The notes under the pieces are model-generated. The model was given only the letters and a program-made list of their open reading frames with translations. It did no database searches and was not told the origin of the DNA. The position numbers and the translations under genes were made by a program. From Anaerolineales bacterium UBA3499 (GTDB lineage Bacteria > Chloroflexota > Anaerolineae > Anaerolineales > UBA11657), in assembly GCA_002377585.1 (NCBI GenBank), contig DFQC01000051.1, forward strand, positions 7,211-71,210: DNA of 64,000 nt, written 5' to 3'. Shown in pieces: positions 20,660 to 29,186 of the stretch (position 1 is the first letter of the stretch; every line of letters starts with the position of its first letter).

Positions 20660-20698
20660 ACGAAGATATATATTGTATTCCACAATATATATCTTCGT
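20660..20698. repeat. Perfect 17 bp inverted repeat with 5 nt spacer in a divergent intergenic region
   Basis: ACGAAGATATATATTGT-attcc-ACAATATATATCTTCGT. Confidence 0.9.
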
Positions 20699-20796
20699 GT
20701 ACACATATGTTATTTTATAGATATAATATCTTATAAGATTAGCTGATACTGTTTTGTTTACAAAAACTGTGCATAAAAAACACAAGGTAGTTATAA

Positions 20797-21897
20797 ATGA
20801 ATTTTCTAGGACTTGAATCTAGCCAATGGATTGATATAGGGATTTCTGCCGTAGTATTGGTAGTTGTGCCTACCCTCGGTCGTAAGATAGTAACTAAGTG
20901 GCTTATTCGATTAATACAAACCATCGTTGGACGCACAGAAACTAAACTAGATGATGCATTGCTCCCAGCTGCCCGAACACCAATCTATTGGCTTGTCATT
21001 GCAGCAACTACACACTGGGCCATATTGAGATTAGCATTCTTGCCATTTGCATTGTTGCCGTTCTGGACACATTTCTTTTTTGTAGCTTACCTCACTCTCA
21101 CTGTTATTCTGTTGTGGAGAAGTGTCTCAGCATTTTTTGGCTGGTATACACAGCACATAACAGAACATTCTGATCCAAGACTATTGACTCAAGCCGTACC
21201 TTTACTACGAAGAGTAATACTTGGAATTGTTGGAGGTATAGCAATAATAATCTTGCTAGGACGCTTTGATGTTGATGTCAGTGCACTTGTAGCCACAATG
21301 GGAATAGGTTCATTAGCCATAGCACTAGCTGCACAGGCAGCACTTTCAGACACTATCAGTGGCATATTAATTATGATAGATCGCCCTTTCAGGATAGGTG
21401 ACCGAATCGAAATCAGAGATCTAAACACTTGGGGTAATGTGATAGATATAGGTCTAAGAAGCACTAGAATTCAGACATTAGACAATAGAACAGTGATTGT
21501 ACCCAACTCAGTTATAGAAAAAAGCCTTGTAGTTAATCATTCTTTCCCGGATACACATTATCGAATCCAAATGGAGGTGGGTGTTGCCTACGGTACTGAT
21601 TTAGAGTTTGCCCGAACGACATTAATAGATGCTATCAGAAATGTTGATGGAGTTCTTGACAATAAACCAGTCGACGCTCTTTTTCTGAACTTCGGAGATT
21701 CAGCTCTAATATTCAGAATGCGTTGGTGGATTGAAAGCTACATTGATACTCGACCAATGTTTGATAGAGTAAACACAGCTGTATATAACGCATTACGATC
21801 AGCAGACATCTTGATACCTTTTCCTCAACGTGAAGTACGAATTATTCAAGAATCAACTGCATCTACAACTAAAGACTATATTGATCATCGTGGCTAA
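20797..21897 (+). CDS. mscS: Small-conductance mechanosensitive channel family protein
   Basis: MGIGSLAIALAAQ...DRPFRIGDRI...IGLRSTRI...IVPNS motifs with extra N-terminal TM helices. Confidence 0.9.
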   Translation: MNFLGLESSQWIDIGISAVVLVVVPTLGRKIVTKWLIRLIQTIVGRTETKLDDALLPAARTPIYWLVIAATTHWAILRLAFLPFALLPFWTHFFFVAYLTLTVILLWRSVSAFFGWYTQHITEHSDPRLLTQAVPLLRRVILGIVGGIAIIILLGRFDVDVSALVATMGIGSLAIALAAQAALSDTISGILIMIDRPFRIGDRIEIRDLNTWGNVIDIGLRSTRIQTLDNRTVIVPNSVIEKSLVVNHSFPDTHYRIQMEVGVAYGTDLEFARTTLIDAIRNVDGVLDNKPVDALFLNFGDSALIFRMRWWIESYIDTRPMFDRVNTAVYNALRSADILIPFPQREVRIIQESTASTTKDYIDHRG

Positions 21898-21924
21898 TTG
21901 AGACTTAAATTGCATAATGTATAT

Positions 21925-21953
21925 TTGACCTTCACACTACCGTCAGGTATAAT
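21925..21953 (+). promoter_or_regulatory. Sigma70 promoter of the rpmH operon
   Basis: TTGACC, 17 bp spacer, TATAAT. Confidence 0.85.
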
Positions 21954-21992
21954 GTCATCCACTGAAAGCTAGGAAAAAGATATAGATATAGA

Positions 21993-22033
21993 GCGGCCGG
22001 CGAGTGATAAGAACACGCCGAGCCGCACTTTTA
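21993..22033 (+). promoter_or_regulatory. GC-rich hairpin with short U-tract in the rpmH 5' UTR
   Basis: GCGGCCGGCG (21993-22002) pairs with CGCCG-a-GCCGC (22016-22026), followed by ACTTTTAT. Confidence 0.6.
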
Positions 22034-22047
22034 TGTGAGGCTCCATA

Positions 22048-22263
22048 ATGCCTAAGAGAACGTATCAACCAAAAATCAGGAGACGTGCAAGAGTTCACGG
22101 ATTCCGAAAACGCATGAGCACTGCAGGTGGCAAGAAAGTTCTTAAGTCTAGACGACGTAAGGGACGTAGCGTACTAGCACCACAGCGAGTCCATGTTAAA
22201 CCACATGTAGACTGGAATGGAACTAAAAGTGGTAGTGCTTCAAGCAATAATAAGCGTAAATAA
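22048..22263 (+). CDS. rpmH: 50S ribosomal protein bL34 with C-terminal extension
   Basis: [23 protein letters not shown]...RRRKGR; GAGG SD. Confidence 0.97.
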   Translation: MPKRTYQPKIRRRARVHGFRKRMSTAGGKKVLKSRRRKGRSVLAPQRVHVKPHVDWNGTKSGSASSNNKRK

Positions 22264-22284
22264 AATATCCAGAAAGTCTCGCCA

Positions 22285-22635
22285 ATGATTGTTATGCGCA
22301 GACAAAATGACTTTCGAAGAGTAAAACATTCCGGGAAATCGTGGGTACATCCGCTAGCGGTTTTACAGATTATAAAAAATTCACGGTCATATTCAAGAAT
22401 AGGTTTTGTGGCAAGCAGACATGTGGGAAACGCTGTCAAGAGAAATAGAGTTAAACGTCTGATGCGCGAAGCATTTCACCATCATGAATCAAACATTTTA
22501 GATGGTTGGGACTTGCTATTAATTGCCAGGCCTACCCTAGGTAATTGTAATGTAGATGATGTCATTTCAGCAGTATATTATCTACTATCACAATCTGCTC
22601 TATTGATGAACTCAGGTACAGAGAACTCTAGATGA
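22285..22635 (+). CDS. rnpA: Ribonuclease P protein component
   Basis: RIGFVASRHVGNAVKRNRVKRLMRE (RNR motif); position after rpmH. Confidence 0.95.
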   Translation: MIVMRRQNDFRRVKHSGKSWVHPLAVLQIIKNSRSYSRIGFVASRHVGNAVKRNRVKRLMREAFHHHESNILDGWDLLLIARPTLGNCNVDDVISAVYYLLSQSALLMNSGTENSR

Positions 22636-22880
22636 AAAATTTGTTCCTTACTGCAATAATGCTATACAGAAAATATGTTTCACCCTTAATCCCACCTAGT
22701 TGTCGTTTTCAACCTACATGCTCAGAATATGGTTATGAAGCAATTTTGAGATTCGGGATTATTAAGGGTTCGACTCTTCTTTTACGTCGGGTTTTAAAAT
22801 GCCATCCCTTCAACCCGGGAGGTTATGATCCTATACCTAGCCAAGCTGATAATATAAACTTCCGTATGGGTAATGGCTAA
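22632..22880 (+). CDS. yidD: Membrane protein insertion efficiency factor YidD
   Basis: CRFQPTCSEY...KCHPFNPGGYDP. Confidence 0.95.
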   Translation: MKNLFLTAIMLYRKYVSPLIPPSCRFQPTCSEYGYEAILRFGIIKGSTLLLRRVLKCHPFNPGGYDPIPSQADNINFRMGNG

Positions 22881-22892
22881 AAGTTTGACATT

Positions 22893-23996
22893 ATGACCAT
22901 ATTCAAACATCTGATAAAACACAAATTACACATAGCTATTCTCACCATTCCCATCACACTATTAATGGTAGGTTGCAGTGGTGCTATGCCAGCAAGTTCA
23001 TGGCCGAATTCAATTATGGCCGACAATAATCTTATAATAGCAAACAATAATGCTGTTTATGCCATATCATCAGACTTTGGTAAGTTAGTGTGGAAATTTC
23101 CCGACAAGCCTGATAGTACTAGAAGTCAATTCTATACATCGCCAGCATATACTAACAATTCAATAGTAATAGGTTCAGATAATAAGCACGCTTTTACTAT
23201 TGACATCACAAATGGAAATGAGGTTTGGAATTTCGATGCTACAAACAACAAGTCTGGTACAGCACCAACTGGCATCAGTGTAGAATCAGAATTAGCATTT
23301 TTTACATCTGAAAACACGTTGTACGCGCTGCGCATTTCAAACGGTCAAACAGCATGGAAATTCGAATCAGCAAAAGAACTATGGGCTCCACCTTCTTCAA
23401 ATGGTCAATACGTGTTTTTGCCCGGAATGGATCACACTTTAACATCAATTGACATTAGTAATGGATCGCAAATATGGCAACAGCATCTTACAGGTGCCTT
23501 AGCCGATTCTCCCACCATTTATCAAGAAACCCTGTATACAGGATCGTTATCTAATAGTGTATATGCTATCGATGCTTCAAATGGCATGATAATATGGGAA
23601 TTTGAAGCAAAAGGATGGGTTTGGGGTAGTCCTATGGTAATTGACGATTATGTATTTTTTGGCGATTTAGACGGATATGTGTATGCTCTAAACAGAGCAA
23701 ACGGACGTGAAGTGTGGACTAGTCAACAACTTGACAGTGCATCACGGGGAACACCAGCATATAGTGATGGTAATTTGTTTGTAACCAGTGATAACGGATT
23801 TGTATACTCGATAGACGCTATTAGTGGAAATACAGTCTGGAATATTGAAATTGACAGTAAAAATGCCGACCGACTTTTAGCGGACCCAATCGCCCATAAT
23901 GGATTACTATATATTACCTCGATGAATGGTGAAAATATAGTGCATGCCATCAATCAATCAGATGGTGTAATTGTGTGGAAATTTAATCCGGAATAG
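22893..23996 (+). CDS. PQQ-like (BamB-like) beta-propeller repeat lipoprotein
   Basis: Lipobox LMVG-C; repeated Trp-docking blades such as LYALRISNGQTAWKF, VYAIDASNGMIIWEF, VYALNRANGREVWT. Confidence 0.88.
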   Translation: MTIFKHLIKHKLHIAILTIPITLLMVGCSGAMPASSWPNSIMADNNLIIANNNAVYAISSDFGKLVWKFPDKPDSTRSQFYTSPAYTNNSIVIGSDNKHAFTIDITNGNEVWNFDATNNKSGTAPTGISVESELAFFTSENTLYALRISNGQTAWKFESAKELWAPPSSNGQYVFLPGMDHTLTSIDISNGSQIWQQHLTGALADSPTIYQETLYTGSLSNSVYAIDASNGMIIWEFEAKGWVWGSPMVIDDYVFFGDLDGYVYALNRANGREVWTSQQLDSASRGTPAYSDGNLFVTSDNGFVYSIDAISGNTVWNIEIDSKNADRLLADPIAHNGLLYITSMNGENIVHAINQSDGVIVWKFNPE

Positions 23997-24036
23997 CTGG
24001 TTGCCTTTAATATATTGTTAGATATATAGATCAATC

Positions 24037-24975
24037 ATGTGGAATCAATTAGTCATTTACCCATTTACTAACTCACTATTACTACTCTATAAAGTAATGG
24101 GTGATAGTTTCACGCTTTCATTAATTATACTGACTTTGGCAATACGTTTACTCCTAATGCCTCTAACAGCCAAGCAACAGAAATCTCAGATGAAAATGCA
24201 GGCCATGCAACCTGATATTAAGAGGATACAAGAGAAATATAAGGGAGAGCCGGAACGTATGCAGAAAGAGCTACAAAAGATTGGTTATAGTCCGGCATCA
24301 ATGCTAGCAGGATGCCTACCAATGTTGATTCAGTTCCCAATCCTCATTGGAATGTATCGCTCTATCATGCATGCAATTCCAGCAGCTCCACTGCAAATGA
24401 TTGATCTCTACAAAGCTACATACCAATCATGGTTCCCAGAATTCCACAAAATGATACCTGTGGAGCGTAACTTTCTCTGGATGGACCTTAGTCAACCAGA
24501 TAGATTTTACCTAGACATATTGTCCGGTATTGGTGTGCCAGTTCTGCCTTTGTTAGTATATATAACCACAGTACTGCAGCAAAAGATGATGACTCCTGCT
24601 ACTGCTGACCCCAACGATCAATCTGCGCAAATGCAGCGTTCCATGATGACAATGATGCCATTGATGTTTGCATTTTTTGCGCTCCAGTTCTCATCAGGAC
24701 TCTCAATTTATTTCATCACCTCCAATATAGCAACTGTAGTCCAATATATGCTACTAAATCGGGAAAGGTTAGAGTGGGAACCAGTCAAAATAGCAGGTAT
24801 TTTTGAATTGCCAATACCTTCAGTCTCGGCACCCCCTCCTACGAAGCCGTCTCAACAATCTGAAAAAGGTGGTACTTCATCAAATCCAACCACTGTAGCT
24901 CAGGAAAAAATGAGCAGTAGAAAAGCAAAAAGGTTAAAAGCCAGAAAGGCCCGTGGAGGAAAACGTAGACGGTAA
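24037..24975 (+). CDS. yidC: YidC/Oxa1 membrane insertase, short monoderm type
   Basis: LAIRLLLMPL, MQAMQPDIKRIQEKYK, GCLPMLIQFPI, FLWMDLSQPD, GLSIYFITSN. Confidence 0.95.
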   Translation: MWNQLVIYPFTNSLLLLYKVMGDSFTLSLIILTLAIRLLLMPLTAKQQKSQMKMQAMQPDIKRIQEKYKGEPERMQKELQKIGYSPASMLAGCLPMLIQFPILIGMYRSIMHAIPAAPLQMIDLYKATYQSWFPEFHKMIPVERNFLWMDLSQPDRFYLDILSGIGVPVLPLLVYITTVLQQKMMTPATADPNDQSAQMQRSMMTMMPLMFAFFALQFSSGLSIYFITSNIATVVQYMLLNRERLEWEPVKIAGIFELPIPSVSAPPPTKPSQQSEKGGTSSNPTTVAQEKMSSRKAKRLKARKARGGKRRR

Positions 24976-25016
24976 AGCTAGCATGGTAAAAGGATTAATT
25001 TGAGGAGAACACTGTT

Positions 25017-25679
25017 ATGGAATTAAAGAATAGTGAACTGGAAATACATGCAAAGGATGTAGAAAGAGCCATTAATATAGCAGTATTAGAACTAGAGATG
25101 GATAGAGATGATTTAGACATTGATGTTCTTGATAATGGCGACATCAGTTCCGATAGTTTGGCTAGAATCGTCGCAAAAGTGCCAATAAATGAATACGATG
25201 ATGAGCCAAGATTAGTAACCATCAATCGGGTACTTACCGACTTACTGCACTATATGAATGTAGATGCCAATCTTTGTGTGCAAGATCAAGATGCAGACCC
25301 AACAGATAATAGATCTTCCATTAGAATCAATATTGCAGGAGATAAACTTTCTGCATTAATTGGTAGGCGCGGAGAAACATTAGCGAGCCTAGAGTTTCTG
25401 GTCAAATTAATTGTATCTAACAAACAAAATAGATGGACTAATATCAGTCTAGACATAGATGGTTACAAACAGAGACGAGAGCACCAACTCAAGCGTCTGG
25501 CTCAAAGAATGGCTGGCCAAGTACAGCAATTTGGACGTCCAATTGCACTCGAACCTATGCCTGCAAACGAAAGACGTATTGTTCATATCACACTGGAACG
25601 CAACCCTGAAGTTACCACAAATAGTACTGGGGATGGAAATCAGCGAAGAGTCAATATTCAACCCTCTCTACTACGATAA
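25017..25679 (+). CDS. jag: Jag/KhpB/EloR RNA-binding protein (Jag_N, KH, R3H)
   Basis: LIGRRGETLASLE KH motif, LEPMPANERRIVH R3H motif. Confidence 0.93.
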   Translation: MELKNSELEIHAKDVERAINIAVLELEMDRDDLDIDVLDNGDISSDSLARIVAKVPINEYDDEPRLVTINRVLTDLLHYMNVDANLCVQDQDADPTDNRSSIRINIAGDKLSALIGRRGETLASLEFLVKLIVSNKQNRWTNISLDIDGYKQRREHQLKRLAQRMAGQVQQFGRPIALEPMPANERRIVHITLERNPEVTTNSTGDGNQRRVNIQPSLLR

Positions 25680-25761
25680 TACGTAGCATTTCGCCTCCAC
25701 GTTCAACTACTCTGATATAATCCCAATCAAATAAGCAAAGGGAGTGTTACAGTAGACGTAG

Positions 25762-26550
25762 ATGACTCGAATCTATGCGTTTGTTAACCAGAAAGGTGGC
25801 GTTGGAAAGACAACCACAGCTATCAATCTAGGATCGTATCTTGCCACAAACAATCAACAGGTTTTATTAGTTGACCTTGATGCACAAGGAAATGCTACGG
25901 CATGCCTCGGAGTAGAAAGACAAAATATCAACGCAGGAACATACAATTTATTGATAAGTCCAAATGCTCGCCTACACGCTAACACAATGAGGAGCGAGAA
26001 GCTAGGCATATCCCTCATACCGTCTTCGTCAGCTCTCGCAGGTGCTGAGGTAGAACTTGTCAATGAGCCCGATCGCACTAACCGCTTAAAGCAAGCCTTA
26101 TCACAAGCTACGCGATATGATTATGTGCTTATCGATTGTCCTCCTTCTTTAGGACTGCTTACCCTCAACGGACTGGTAGCTGCACAGGCAGTGGTAATTC
26201 CTGTACAGTGCGAATATCTAGCTTTAGAGGGTCTAGGTCAACTATTGGAAACTATCAACCGTATTCAATCTGCATTTAATTTTGACCTGCAAATTAGAGG
26301 AATGCTAATGACCATGTATGATTCAAGATTAAAGCTTTCACAGCAAGTTGTAGACGAAGTGCGATTACATTTCCCAGACAAAGTATTTCAAGTGGTCATA
26401 CCTAGAAATGTTAGACTGGCTGAGGCCCCATCGTATGGCCAGCCAATCAGTGCATATGCACCTGAATCTGCAGGTGCAGATGCATATGCATCCTTAGCTA
26501 AGGAAATACTTTCCGGTGATACTGAATATGAAATTACATTGTCACAATAA
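25762..26550 (+). CDS. parA: ParA/Soj ATPase
   Basis: NQKGGVGKTTT, VDLDAQGNAT, IDCPPSLG, IPVQCEYLALEG, RNVRLAEAPSYG. Confidence 0.95.
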   Translation: MTRIYAFVNQKGGVGKTTTAINLGSYLATNNQQVLLVDLDAQGNATACLGVERQNINAGTYNLLISPNARLHANTMRSEKLGISLIPSSSALAGAEVELVNEPDRTNRLKQALSQATRYDYVLIDCPPSLGLLTLNGLVAAQAVVIPVQCEYLALEGLGQLLETINRIQSAFNFDLQIRGMLMTMYDSRLKLSQQVVDEVRLHFPDKVFQVVIPRNVRLAEAPSYGQPISAYAPESAGADAYASLAKEILSGDTEYEITLSQ

Positions 26551-26623
26551 CGCAATAGTTGTTCCTGTGCCAAAAATACTATTCTTAGCGGCACAAAATC
26601 GACTTGTAATTTTATAAATCATC

Positions 26624-26629
26624 TATAAT
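26624..26629 (+). promoter_or_regulatory. Candidate -10 element giving a leaderless parB transcript
   Basis: TATAAT 6 nt upstream of the parB ATG (26636); no SD; no well-spaced -35. Confidence 0.5.
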
Positions 26630-26635
26630 TTATAT

Positions 26636-27490
26636 ATGGCTATCAAACGAGGACTTGGACGCGGGCTAGAAGCGCTTATACCAACTAATACCCGTGTAGG
26701 TCAAGGTGTTTCTCAAATTGCCATTACATCAATACAATTGAACCCAAGACAACCCCGTGCCACTATAGACACAGAAGAACTTGCAGAATTGGCAGAATCG
26801 ATACGTAAACACGGTATTTTGCAGCCGATAGTAGTGTCTCAAACTGAAAACACTGGTGAATACAGACTCATAGCTGGGCAAAGACGATTACAGGCTGCAG
26901 CCATTGTAGAAATGCATACGATACCAGCCATTGTTAGGGATACAACTACGGAATCGGAGATGCTAGAATTGGCACTCATAGAAAACATACAACGCAGCAA
27001 TCTTAATCCTCTGGAGACAGCGCGCGCTTACAACTCTCTAGTGGAAGATTTCGGTATGTCACATGAAGAAATATCTAAACAGGTAGGTAAAAGTCGCACC
27101 ACCATTAGCAATAGTATAAGATTGTTGCGACTTTCTGAATCTGTTCAAATGGCACTATCAAAAAAGCAAATTTCTGAAGGTCATGCTAGAGCGATCATAG
27201 GCATCTCCAATCCTGAAGAGCAAGAACATATTCTCAGAAAGATAATATCCGAAAGATTAAATGTCCGTCAAACCGAAACTGTAGTGCAAGGGTTGAGTGT
27301 ATCTACTACAAAACCTAATCTTATTTCAGAAAAATCTGTGGAGGAAATAGATTTAGAAGACCGCTTGCGAAACTCAGTTGGAACCAAGATAAAACTACAT
27401 CGTAACCACAATGGTTCGGGACGCTTAGTCATATATTTTTATTCAGATGAGGATTTGGAAACTCTTACTAATCGTCTAATTGACACTTGA
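26636..27490 (+). CDS. parB: ParB/Spo0J partition protein
   Basis: GLGRGLEALI, NPRQPR, GILQPIVV, IAGQRR (usually GERR), LIENIQR, SEGHARA. Confidence 0.95.
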   Translation: MAIKRGLGRGLEALIPTNTRVGQGVSQIAITSIQLNPRQPRATIDTEELAELAESIRKHGILQPIVVSQTENTGEYRLIAGQRRLQAAAIVEMHTIPAIVRDTTTESEMLELALIENIQRSNLNPLETARAYNSLVEDFGMSHEEISKQVGKSRTTISNSIRLLRLSESVQMALSKKQISEGHARAIIGISNPEEQEHILRKIISERLNVRQTETVVQGLSVSTTKPNLISEKSVEEIDLEDRLRNSVGTKIKLHRNHNGSGRLVIYFYSDEDLETLTNRLIDT

Positions 27491-29100
27491 TGTCTCCAGA
27501 CCAAATATTGGTTAATGGGCGGATACATACCCTTGAGCCAAAAACTTCCATAGTAACAGCAATAGGCATTACCAGAAACATAATAACTTCTATTGGGAGT
27601 GATAGTGAAGTACTCCAACTAGCGAACAATCACACTAATATAATTGATTTACAAGAAAGACTGGTCCTTCCAGGAATGATAGATGCTCACTGTCACTTTG
27701 ATCATTTTTCACGTCAAGCAAACAACATCGATGCATCGCAACCTAATAAACATAAAGTAATACAAATCGTAGCAAACCAAGCCAGAATTACACCAAAGGA
27801 ACAATGGATTACTGGACATGGGTGGGACCACAATAGATGGGGTGAAGATGTTCCTACTGCATCTGATCTAGATGTAGAAATTGCGAACCATCCTGTTTTC
27901 CTCACAGGACATTCCATGCACATATCGTGGGCAAATAGCATTGCAATGAACAAAGCTAATATCAACTCTTCGACACCTGACCCTCCTGGCGGAATGATAG
28001 GTCGTGATGAACATGGCAATCCTAATGGAATCTTCTACGAAACTGCTTCTGATCTTATCACATCAGTTATACCAGAACTATCCATCGATGATGTTGCTGA
28101 CAACATGAGATTTGCGCAGGAGAAATTATGGAGGATTGGTCTTACAGGACTCCATGATTATGACCAGCGCATTGCATTTGATGCTTTAAAACTCCTGTCA
28201 GAAGATAAAACACTAGGTTTACGTGTTGTAAAGAATATGCCAGCAGCACTACTAGATGAGATAATTACTTACGGATTACATAGTGGGTCCGGTTCCAAAT
28301 GGCTCAGTATAGGTGGAATTAAAGTATTTATGGACGGTGCACTAGGAGCACGAACTGCAAGTATGCTTGAACCATATGAACTAGACAAAAACAATTATGG
28401 CATAGTGGTCACTAAAGAAGATGAACTATTAAGTATTGCCAATAAAGCCAATAGTAATAATCTAGCTATGACCGTACATGCAATTGGAGACCGAGCAAAT
28501 CGTGAAGTCTTAAATGTATATGAAAAACTCAGACACAATGAGCGTGAACGAGGAGATCCCCCTTCCAAGCTGCGTCACCGCATTGAACATGTCCAGCTAC
28601 TTCATCCAAATGACTACCTTCGATTGGCTTCTTCACAGATTATCGCATCTATGCAGCCAATACACGCAACTTCTGACATGATATTAGCTGAACAATATTG
28701 GGGAAATCGTATATCTGGCGCCTACGCATGGCGGACACAGATTAATGCCGGTGCTATCTTAGCATTTGGCAGTGACGCTCCAGTAGAAAGTATCAATCCT
28801 CTTTGGGGCATTCATGCAGCAGTCACTCGAAGTAATCGAACAAAAAGTGTTGGCACAATTGGATGGCAAACTCAGCAGTGTTTGACCGTTGATGAAGCAG
28901 TCAGAGCTTATACTATTGGTGCCGCTTATGCAGCCTACCGAGAAAATGATTTGGGAACCCTTACACCAGGCAAATTGGCAGACCTTATAGTACTAGACAA
29001 AGACATTTACCATTGTAACCCGATGGATATCCACACCACCAATGTACTAGGTACTATGATAGATGGCACATGGAAATACCGCGCACCATCTTTATGTTGA
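27487..29100 (+). CDS. Amidohydrolase family 3 (YtcJ-like) metallohydrolase
   Basis: PGMIDAHCH, KVFMDGALG, HAIGDRA, RIEHVQ, FGSDAP, GKLADLIVLD. Confidence 0.9.
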   Translation: MMSPDQILVNGRIHTLEPKTSIVTAIGITRNIITSIGSDSEVLQLANNHTNIIDLQERLVLPGMIDAHCHFDHFSRQANNIDASQPNKHKVIQIVANQARITPKEQWITGHGWDHNRWGEDVPTASDLDVEIANHPVFLTGHSMHISWANSIAMNKANINSSTPDPPGGMIGRDEHGNPNGIFYETASDLITSVIPELSIDDVADNMRFAQEKLWRIGLTGLHDYDQRIAFDALKLLSEDKTLGLRVVKNMPAALLDEIITYGLHSGSGSKWLSIGGIKVFMDGALGARTASMLEPYELDKNNYGIVVTKEDELLSIANKANSNNLAMTVHAIGDRANREVLNVYEKLRHNERERGDPPSKLRHRIEHVQLLHPNDYLRLASSQIIASMQPIHATSDMILAEQYWGNRISGAYAWRTQINAGAILAFGSDAPVESINPLWGIHAAVTRSNRTKSVGTIGWQTQQCLTVDEAVRAYTIGAAYAAYRENDLGTLTPGKLADLIVLDKDIYHCNPMDIHTTNVLGTMIDGTWKYRAPSLC

Positions 29101-29186
29101 TAGAATAGAAAGTATAGTCACATCAAATATAGTGAAAGTGTGCTGCTTCATTATCTAAAAGTTAGCGTTCTATACTAACATTTGTA

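Noticed and set aside
21906-21933. dif-like sequence: GCATAATGTATATT (21912-21925) matches 14 nt of E. coli dif
   Set aside because: The XerD arm (TTATGTTAAAT), the best-conserved half, is absent (TTTGACCTTCA) and overlaps the rpmH -35 box; likely coincidence
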